Shown one piece after another: positions 57,546-64,000 of a stretch of 64,000 nt of DNA (the stretch's first letter is position 1; each line of letters begins with the position of its first letter). Location: NCBI GenBank assembly GCA_041488275.1, contig JBGPOY010000004.1, positions 795 to 64,794 of the forward strand. Direction: 5' to 3'. A program made the position numbers and the translations under genes. The notes below the pieces were generated by a model that saw only the letters and a list, made by a program, of their open reading frames with translations, was not told the DNA's origin and searched no databases. The DNA comes from Candidatus Nanoarchaeia archaeon. GTDB taxonomy: Archaea; Nanobdellota; Nanobdellia; Woesearchaeales; ARS49.

Positions 57546-58511
57546 TCAGAATTCGTTGAGATCTTTAATCAGTCCATTTACATCGGCGCGTTCGTAAAAC
57601 TCTTTCGGGATAGCGTGTTTCTTCAACAATTCCTCGATGCCTTTCGTTGTTTCTGCGGTTTCTTTGACTGACTCCGCGACGGTTGTTTCCATCTTTTTCA
57701 GTTCATCGCGGTCGCTTTCGAGTTTGCGAGTTACCATGGATTCGTAGTTCTTCAGCACGCAACAGACCAGCCCTTGCGTTTCCCTGTCAGTAATAGTAAG
57801 CTTCGGTAACATCTGGTAAAATTCGGAGAAGGTCTCGGAAATTCCTGATGCGTCGTACTCGCTCATTCCTTCAGAGTCGTCTAAACTCCAGCCACCGTGC
57901 TTGAGCATATCGGTCAGCGTTTCTTTGAGTGAACTTTGATATTCGGTGATGTACGCTTTCTCTCCCGTTTCTCGGATGGACGTGAGCCGTTCAGGAGCGA
58001 TGGCGTATCCAATCCTCTCGGCCCAGGTTTCTGCGACTCGAATGTTTTTTTCATATGCAGGAAAGCCGGTGCAAGCATGTGCGTTTTTGACGGCTTCTTC
58101 CAGTTCAGACTCAATGGCGCGCGGAGTGGGCGTTACGACAGTACCGGACTCGTCCCTGCTCACGTGCTTGACGTCAAAGGGGTCGTCGCGCTTGACGAGG
58201 GTAGTATGAATTATTGAATCACAGGAGTTGCAGTAGAGTCCCGCTTCGCCGATGTACGGAGAATTGAGATGAGGCTCTTGCCTGATAAAAATTTCAGTGC
58301 GCGGCATGCCTTTTCGGGTCATGCTGCAGTTGCCGCAGGTATAGCTAGCAATGCGGGTGAGTGCTGCATAGTCAAGTTTGGACGCGGCCATGTGTGGGTC
58401 GCTGCAATGGCGGTCAGAAATCAAGGCACGTTCATCGCTCGTCAGCGGAAGTACTGCAGAACTCTTGGTATCGCTCAACCATACGTGTTGTTCCTGCAGT
58501 TCCGTCGGCAT
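57546..58511 (-). CDS. Hypothetical protein (lower GC; Cys pairs, C-terminal coiled coil)
   Basis: 321-aa ORF; CGNC and CNSC; TTTAAA about 25 nt upstream. Confidence 0.7.
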   Translation of the reverse strand: MPTELQEQHVWLSDTKSSAVLPLTSDERALISDRHCSDPHMAASKLDYAALTRIASYTCGNCSMTRKGMPRTEIFIRQEPHLNSPYIGEAGLYCNSCDSIIHTTLVKRDDPFDVKHVSRDESGTVVTPTPRAIESELEEAVKNAHACTGFPAYEKNIRVAETWAERIGYAIAPERLTSIRETGEKAYITEYQSSLKETLTDMLKHGGWSLDDSEGMSEYDASGISETFSEFYQMLPKLTITDRETQGLVCCVLKNYESMVTRKLESDRDELKKMETTVAESVKETAETTKGIEELLKKHAIPKEFYERADVNGLIKDLNEF

Positions 58512-58556
58512 TCCTGAAGCAAGGGAGAATCGCTTTAAATGGTTTTAGCTAGTGAA

Positions 58557-58793
58557 TCACACAATTTCGAGAAGACTCACAACGCTAAACAATTGCGTCC
58601 GCATGTGTGACGGGATGTTGATGTCGTCGGAGATGCTTTCGAGTTCGTGCAGCGCTTTGGAGACGTCGACTTTGCCGCCGTTGCTTTCGAGCAGGCGAAT
58701 TGTTCCGACAATCTTGGCCCGCGCGTTCTTCGGCACGGTCGAGTCCTGTTCGAGTTCGCGGAGAAGCATGAGTGCTTGCATAAGAGAATCCAT
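58557..58793 (-). CDS. UPF0147-family protein
   Basis: DSTVPKNAR...LESISDDINIPSHMRTQL...S.LE. Confidence 0.88.
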   Translation of the reverse strand: MDSLMQALMLLRELEQDSTVPKNARAKIVGTIRLLESNGGKVDVSKALHELESISDDINIPSHMRTQLFSVVSLLEIV

Positions 58794-58807
58794 CGTCATC
58801 ACCGTTG

Positions 58808-59140
58808 TTATTTTTTCATCTGCTTCATGACTTCGTCCTGCAGGATCTTCAACTTCTCGCGCAATTGCGCTTCCTGCTTTTCGAACGTCTTGACGCGAAG
58901 CTCCACGAGCTCTTTTTTCTGCTCCAACTCTTTTTTGAGAGTGTCCTTGTCGGACGCGACCATGATGTTGCCGATGATTTTGTACGCCTGCGGCGCGTGC
59001 GCGATTTCTTTCAGCGCGCTTTCCAACTCGTACAATTGCGTCTGAAACTGCTGTTTCTGAGCGACCAATTGCTGGACGTTCTGGTCAAGCAGTTGAAGAC
59101 GTTGGAGCTGTTCCTGTTGCGACGAGGAAAGCTCAGCCAT
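58808..59140 (-). CDS. pfdB: Prefoldin beta subunit
   Basis: Coiled coil-AYKIIGNIMV-coiled coil. Confidence 0.92.
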   Translation of the reverse strand: MAELSSSQQEQLQRLQLLDQNVQQLVAQKQQFQTQLYELESALKEIAHAPQAYKIIGNIMVASDKDTLKKELEQKKELVELRVKTFEKQEAQLREKLKILQDEVMKQMKK

Positions 59141-59148
59141 AGCGAGAA

Positions 59149-59286
59149 CTAAACCGCCTTAATTTTGGTGGTCGTGGTGCGGGGCTTGTACAGCATCTTG
59201 CTGCTGCAGTACGGGCACCGGATGCGCTTGCCGAGCAGGTCTTCGCTGATTCTGCGTCCGCAGTTGAAACAGGCGTACTTGACCAT
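59149..59286 (-). CDS. rpoP: RNA polymerase subunit Rpo12 (RpoP)
   Basis: Not in the track: MVKYACFNCGRRISEDLLGKRIRCPYCSSKMLYKPRTTTTKIKAV; canonical position after rpl37ae. Confidence 0.93.
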   Translation of the reverse strand: MVKYACFNCGRRISEDLLGKRIRCPYCSSKMLYKPRTTTTKIKAV

Positions 59287-59618
59287 TACGCTTCCTCCTC
59301 GGCGAGCTCTTGCTTGCGGGCTTCAGCGGCAATCTTTTGTGACGCTTCGATTTCCGCGGGGGTGCGCTCGGCCGCCTGCTTCTTGCTGAACGTGAGAGAT
59401 TTCGTGACCGAATAGGCCTTGCCGGTGAATTTGTGTCCGCACTTTCTGCATTCGAAGATGCCGAAGCTCAGCCAGCCGACCTTGACCTTGCCGCACGACG
59501 GGCAGGTGTGGAACTTGCGCTGCTCTTCCTCGATGACGGCGAGCTTGATCTTGTTCGTCGGACCGTAGCGGGTGCCGAATCGTTTTGCGCTTTTGAGTCC
59601 GATTTTTTGTTCTGGCAT
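59286..59618 (-). CDS. rpl37ae: 50S ribosomal protein L37ae (eL43)
   Basis: RFGTRYG, CPSC, GIFECRKC, FTGKAY; helical C-terminal extension. Confidence 0.93.
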   Translation of the reverse strand: MPEQKIGLKSAKRFGTRYGPTNKIKLAVIEEEQRKFHTCPSCGKVKVGWLSFGIFECRKCGHKFTGKAYSVTKSLTFSKKQAAERTPAEIEASQKIAAEARKQELAEEEA

Positions 59619-59659
59619 AGAGAATCACCGATGATTGTGTTTGTTGTGGTTGCAGCGAG

Positions 59660-59733
59660 TGGGGCTGCCCGGATTTGAACCGGGATCCCCTGGACCCAAG
59701 CCAGGAAGCCGAACCAAGTTAGCAGACAGCCCC
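59660..59733 (-). tRNA. tRNA-Pro(TGG)
   Basis: GGGGCTG/CAGCCCC acceptor stem; CCTGG-CT-TGG-GT-CCAGG anticodon arm. Confidence 0.92.
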
Positions 59734-59766
59734 AGTATACCTCACGAATCCTGAGGGGGGGTTATA

Positions 59767-59828
59767 AAGGTTTCGAGCAGGCACTCGAAACTTCACCGAG
59801 CGGCCTCGGTGTAGCTTTCGCGCAGACG
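59767..59828. repeat. Hairpin element, copy 5 (at the tRNA-Pro(TGG) promoter)
   Basis: Core CACCGAG-CGGC-CTCGGTG at 59794-59811; reverse complement nearly identical to copy 1. Confidence 0.85.
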
Positions 59829-59829
59829 C

Positions 59830-60687
59830 TTAGGACGGCGTCAGGTCCTCGACACCGAGCTGGTCGTGCGTCGCGGTGGGGAGGATGTGGAGCCCCTGCC
59901 CGCCGAGCCAGAACGCTGCCGCCGACGCGAGCACGACGTGACTCGAGGGAGCGTCTTTGCCGACCGAAATGAGGACGTTGTTGCCGATGACGATGAGCAC
60001 GCTGCCGCCGAGGGCGTCGAGCGTGACGTCGCCCGGCTGAAGGATTTGGACGGTCGCGAGAGGATAGTTTGCGGTGTAATACTTCTGCAGTTCTTTTGCG
60101 AGCGTTTCCCCGCTGTTGGTGGTGTCGATGATGACGTTGCCTGCCGCGGACGACTGTCCGGCTTCGACAGCGTTCGCCGCCCTGTACACCTTCAGCAGGT
60201 CTTTCGCGAGCGGGAGGTCGGTGGTGTCAAGCACAACGCGCCCTTCCTTGTACTTCGCATCGGCAAAGTGCGTGACGACATCCTTTGCCGCGGCGCGCGT
60301 GTCCTTGCCGGACGTTCCGCCGATAAGCAGGAGAGACTTGCCTGAAGCCGTTTGAACCGAAACGATAACCGCGGTGTGGTTGCCGTACTGCCAGCCGTCG
60401 CAGGTGTCGCCCGCGAGCGACGTCCACAGGGAATTCGCGCACGGTCCGCCCAAAATCACCTGCGTCGCTTCTTTCGTTCCGGCGACGCTGTAGTTCTTCA
60501 CGCCGAATTCGTTGGCGAACGCGAACGAGGCATACTCGTCGTCCGCGTTCTTCTGCGGCCCGATGACCACACTCGGCGCGGCGTCCGTGTAGAACGACTC
60601 GAACGCCTCCTTGACCGAAAACGCGGAAGCGACGGGAACGAGCAATAGGACGGAAAGAATAATCGAGACCAGCAGTGTTTGTTTCAT
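59830..60687 (-). CDS. Secreted S-layer-domain-like protein
   Basis: Signal peptide; ILGGPCANSL and IGGTSGKDTRAAA motifs typical of the archaeal S-layer anchor domain. Confidence 0.72.
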   Translation of the reverse strand: MKQTLLVSIILSVLLLVPVASAFSVKEAFESFYTDAAPSVVIGPQKNADDEYASFAFANEFGVKNYSVAGTKEATQVILGGPCANSLWTSLAGDTCDGWQYGNHTAVIVSVQTASGKSLLLIGGTSGKDTRAAAKDVVTHFADAKYKEGRVVLDTTDLPLAKDLLKVYRAANAVEAGQSSAAGNVIIDTTNSGETLAKELQKYYTANYPLATVQILQPGDVTLDALGGSVLIVIGNNVLISVGKDAPSSHVVLASAAAFWLGGQGLHILPTATHDQLGVEDLTPS

Positions 60688-61319
60688 GCGCTCACCTTTT
60701 TGTAGAAACTTTTTGCGGACACAAAGTACGGAAGGCCAAGACGCTTTGCAATCTGGCGCGTGTTCTTCCGGTACCCGAAAATTGCAATGGGCTTGATGTT
60801 GACGATACGGTGATAGACCACTTCGTTGTACTGGATGAGTCGGTACTTCTGCCGCTCAAGGCGAGGATGTCCGTGCTTCATGCGGAACGCATTGACGGAC
60901 TTCAGCACTGCTTTCGGCGAAGGATATTTTTTCAGCAGCGCGTGAAAATCTTTGAACATGAATTTTTCGTAGCCCGGAATGAGCTTGTGGCTGTAATACA
61001 TGTGCAGGTTGTCCTTGATGCGGTAGTAGTGCACGACCAGTTTCTTCGCGTCGCTCAAGAGGACCAAGTCAAACGGAGAAATATAGTCCGGTTTCTGCTT
61101 GGTTTGGAAGATGATGCCTTGCGGGCGGTAGGTTTTGGTGTACTGCTTGTCCAGAATGGTGCAGGACAGCCGCATTTTTCTCCCGAAACTCTTCGTGTTG
61201 GGGAGGATGCGCTTTCTCCGAACCATGTCCGTGACGGTCTGGAATGACACCTTCTTTTTTCCTTTGAGCGTCTTGGAGACAAAATCTTCCTCCAGGGACT
61301 TCACGAAATACAGTTGCAC
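60684..61319 (-). CDS. Basic hypothetical protein
   Basis: 211-aa Lys/Arg-rich ORF; ATGA overlap with the downstream gene. Confidence 0.7.
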   Translation of the reverse strand: MQLYFVKSLEEDFVSKTLKGKKKVSFQTVTDMVRRKRILPNTKSFGRKMRLSCTILDKQYTKTYRPQGIIFQTKQKPDYISPFDLVLLSDAKKLVVHYYRIKDNLHMYYSHKLIPGYEKFMFKDFHALLKKYPSPKAVLKSVNAFRMKHGHPRLERQKYRLIQYNEVVYHRIVNIKPIAIFGYRKNTRQIAKRLGLPYFVSAKSFYKKVSA

Positions 61320-61399
61320 GATTTTAAAGAGCGGTCGCGGTTATAAAAACCTTCTGTGTCACCAAACCTTTAAATATCGTCCGTGAGGGAGAAGAGACC

Positions 61400-62503
61400 A
61401 TGTCTCTCAGCGCGCATCAGCGTTTCGAACTCAAGAAGTTCCTGAAGGAACTCGAAGGCAAGCGCGGCAGGCATACCGAACTCGTGTCGGTGTGGGTCCC
61501 TGCCGGGTACGACTTGATCAAGGTCATCCAGCAGCTGCAGGAAGAGCAAGGAACGGCAGCGAACATCAAGAGCGCGACCACGCGCCGAAACGTCACGGAC
61601 GCGCTCGAACGCATGATTCAACATCTCCGTGTCGTAGGAAGAACGCCCACGAACGGTTTGCTCGCGTTTTCAGGCAACGTTTCCGAGAAAGAAGGCGGCA
61701 TTGACGTGCGCGTGTGGAGCATCGAGCCGCCCATCCCCATCAACCAGCGGTTGTATCGGTGCGACAAGGATTTCAAGCTCGAAATTTTGACGGACATGCT
61801 GCAGGCCAAGGAAGCGTATGGCTTGGTCGTGATGGATGCGCGCGACGCCACCATCGCCGTGCTCAAGGGCAAGTCCATCATCCCGCTCGTCAAGACGCAC
61901 TCGGAAGTGCCGGGTAAAATGAAAGCGGGAGGCCAGTCCGCGCACCGTTTCCAGCAAAACCGCGAGCTCGCTGCGAAGCAGCATTACATCAAGGTCGCCG
62001 ATTACATGAAGGAACAGTTCCTGATGATGGAAGGCCTGAAAGGCATTCTCGTCGGCGGCCCCGGTCCGACGAAGTACGAGCTTGTTGAAGGGTCGTTCAT
62101 CACCAACGACGTCAAGAAAAAAATCCTTGCGGTCAAGGACATCGCGTACACGGACGAGTTCGGCTTGCAGGAACTCGTCGACCGCTGCCAGGACGTGCTC
62201 GCGCAGGAAGAAATCGCGGGCGAGAAAAAAATCATGCTGCGCTTCTTCGAACTGCTCGCCACGAAAGGCGAAATGGTGACGTACGGCGAGTCGCAGACGC
62301 GCAAAGCGTTGGAAATGGGCGCCGTCGACACGCTGCTGCTTTCTGATTCGCTCACGGACGACAAAATTGACGAGTTCGAGGCCATCGCGAAGAACTACAG
62401 CACGACCGTCCAAATTATTTCCACCGAAACGCGCGAGGGCGTGCAGTTGCGCGACCTCGGCAAAATCGCAAGCATTCTCCGCTACCCGGCAAACCTCGAA
62501 TGA
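61400..62503 (+). CDS. prf1: Peptide chain release factor aRF1
   Basis: TAANIKS, YRCD and GGQS motifs. Confidence 0.97.
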   Translation: MSLSAHQRFELKKFLKELEGKRGRHTELVSVWVPAGYDLIKVIQQLQEEQGTAANIKSATTRRNVTDALERMIQHLRVVGRTPTNGLLAFSGNVSEKEGGIDVRVWSIEPPIPINQRLYRCDKDFKLEILTDMLQAKEAYGLVVMDARDATIAVLKGKSIIPLVKTHSEVPGKMKAGGQSAHRFQQNRELAAKQHYIKVADYMKEQFLMMEGLKGILVGGPGPTKYELVEGSFITNDVKKKILAVKDIAYTDEFGLQELVDRCQDVLAQEEIAGEKKIMLRFFELLATKGEMVTYGESQTRKALEMGAVDTLLLSDSLTDDKIDEFEAIAKNYSTTVQIISTETREGVQLRDLGKIASILRYPANLE

Positions 62504-63165
62504 ACGCAGACCTGATTGTCGAAGCATTCTCGCAATTGTATCCTGACAAACGTCCGAACTTTACTCCCGTATTGAAGTATTCCGGAAAATTCAAGGGCTT
62601 CAACGCCAACATCAAGATGCGCGGTTCGACGGTGTCCGTGAATTTGAGCAAGCAGTGGCGCGGCGTGAGCAAGGACATCCAGCTCGGACTGATTCAGGAC
62701 TTGCTTGCGCGATTGTCGAAGGACAAGCGCAGCACGGGCAACATCGAATTGTACCTTGCGTTTATGCGCAACGTCCATTACGCGGTGCCGAAAACGAAAC
62801 GTGATGACGTGCTCGAGGCGTCGTTCAACCGCGTCAACGAACGCTTCTTCAACGGGATGACGCAAATCACGAATTTTGCGTGGATGGACGGCACGCGGAC
62901 GCTCGGATTGTACGAGTACGGCACGGACACCATCAAGATGACGCGGTTGCTCGCCGAGCACCCGGACTTGATGGACTACGTGATGTACCATGAGATGCTG
63001 CACAAGAAGCACAAGTTCTACGCAACCGAGAAAGGCGGTCATCGACATCATTCGACCGCGTTCCGGGAAGACGAGGCAAGGTTCGGCGACACCGCCGCGC
63101 TCGACCGCCAAATCAGCCGCGTGATTTCCTCAGGCAAGCGGCGCTCAATGTGGTCCTGGTTCTGA
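62500..63165 (+). CDS. YgjP/SprT-like zinc metalloprotease
   Basis: DYVMYHEMLH...HHSTAF; TLG.Y. Confidence 0.85.
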   Translation: MNADLIVEAFSQLYPDKRPNFTPVLKYSGKFKGFNANIKMRGSTVSVNLSKQWRGVSKDIQLGLIQDLLARLSKDKRSTGNIELYLAFMRNVHYAVPKTKRDDVLEASFNRVNERFFNGMTQITNFAWMDGTRTLGLYEYGTDTIKMTRLLAEHPDLMDYVMYHEMLHKKHKFYATEKGGHRHHSTAFREDEARFGDTAALDRQISRVISSGKRRSMWSWF

Positions 63166-63200
63166 AAAGACTTTTATAGACGCACGCTCGACGCGCGGGT

Positions 63201-63590
63201 ATGAGTCTGGGTGAGTGGCTGGGAGAGTATCTCTTCGGTATCGAGACGATGCAGTGGTACGCCAAGCAGCGGCGGGAGTATAGTCTTCTCACGCATCCCG
63301 AAGACTTGGACGATAAACTCAGTAATTCGCTCAAGAATCAGGTCGAGCTGTTTCTCGCGTGTAAGTTCGCGCCCACGCTTGTCTCTGCGGTTTCTGCGTA
63401 CTTTGTCGTGTATACGCAAGAGCCCAAGTTCGCGATTGGCGTCTTTGCGGCGGAAGCGTTTCGCGTGTATTCCGCATGCGGGGAACGCGAATACAAGAAG
63501 TTCAACGAAGAATTACGGAAGCATATGTCTCCGTGGCGGCACGCAGTCCCGCGTCAGCCGTGGGAACAGCCGGAGAACTGGTGGAAGTAG
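63201..63590 (+). CDS. Hypothetical membrane protein
   Basis: TTTTATA about 25 nt upstream; two hydrophobic segments. Confidence 0.6.
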   Translation: MSLGEWLGEYLFGIETMQWYAKQRREYSLLTHPEDLDDKLSNSLKNQVELFLACKFAPTLVSAVSAYFVVYTQEPKFAIGVFAAEAFRVYSACGEREYKKFNEELRKHMSPWRHAVPRQPWEQPENWWK

Positions 63591-63607
63591 CGGCGTCAGG
63601 AAAACCG

Positions 63608-63865
63608 TTACCGTGCGAACGCTACCAACACGTGCCAGGCTGCTTTCGTGGTCGGGCTTTTGGTGTTCAGGGTGAATCCCTTGCCCAGGCGGCGCACGAC
63701 CTTGTACTTGCGGAGGTCGCGCCAGGCAGCGGGGAAACTTGCCTTGGAAACGTGCGCGTTGGAACGGATTTCCTGCGCGGAAAACGATATCCTGCGATTC
63801 TCTCCCAGAAAATCTACAATCCTAAAGAACGGCTCGTTGGTTATGAATTTCGGCAGTACGCCCAT
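63608..63865 (-). CDS. Small winged-HTH protein
   Basis: GAGGTGA SD; RIVDFL...FS..EI...AHVSK......W.DL....VV...FTLN. Confidence 0.7.
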   Translation of the reverse strand: MGVLPKFITNEPFFRIVDFLGENRRISFSAQEIRSNAHVSKASFPAAWRDLRKYKVVRRLGKGFTLNTKSPTTKAAWHVLVAFAR

Positions 63866-63924
63866 CGAAATCACCTCATGACTCGTGAGAATACGGTTGT
63901 GAATATAAATATGTCTGAGCGCGG

Positions 63925-64000
63925 CTATTCCAATCCGCGCTTGAGCATTTTGTGCGCGCGGTTGATGGCCTTGAATTTTTCGGCATCGCCGGTGGGCGTG
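63925..64000 (-). CDS. C-terminal end of a DnaJ(J)-domain protein (partial)
   Basis: ...TPTGDAEKFKAINRAHKMLKRGLE* matches J-domain helix III. Confidence 0.7.
   Translation of the reverse strand, partial: TPTGDAEKFKAINRAHKMLKRGLE

Overview
Archaeal chromosomal segment, most likely DPANN/Woesearchaeota-like. This is inferred from GatDE, Orc1/Cdc6, Cdc48, aIF5B, aRF1, Rpo12, eL43, prefoldin and deoxyhypusine synthase, from BRE/TATA promoters with mostly leaderless starts, and from the scarcity of biosynthetic genes. It carries about 70 CDSs, mostly informational housekeeping genes, and 9 intron-less tRNAs without encoded CCA. I see no CRISPR array, integrase or transposase. Most notable: (1) a five-copy intergenic element with a fixed CCGAG-CRGN-CTCGG hairpin core whose arms are an inverted and a direct copy of the neighbouring host sequence (tRNA ends or BRE/TATA promoters), always in the same polarity; (2) two adjacent genes matching the catalytic and the degenerate C-terminal domains of eukaryotic OGFOD1/Tpa1 ribosomal prolyl hydroxylase; (3) an apparently intact PocR-GAF-GGDEF diguanylate cyclase next to a Cys-rich repeat surface protein; (4) an operon of three paralogous uncharacterised proteins preceded by a 137-nt stem-closed candidate RNA; (5) several small ORFs missing from the supplied track. 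All family assignments come from motif recognition by eye; no searches were run.
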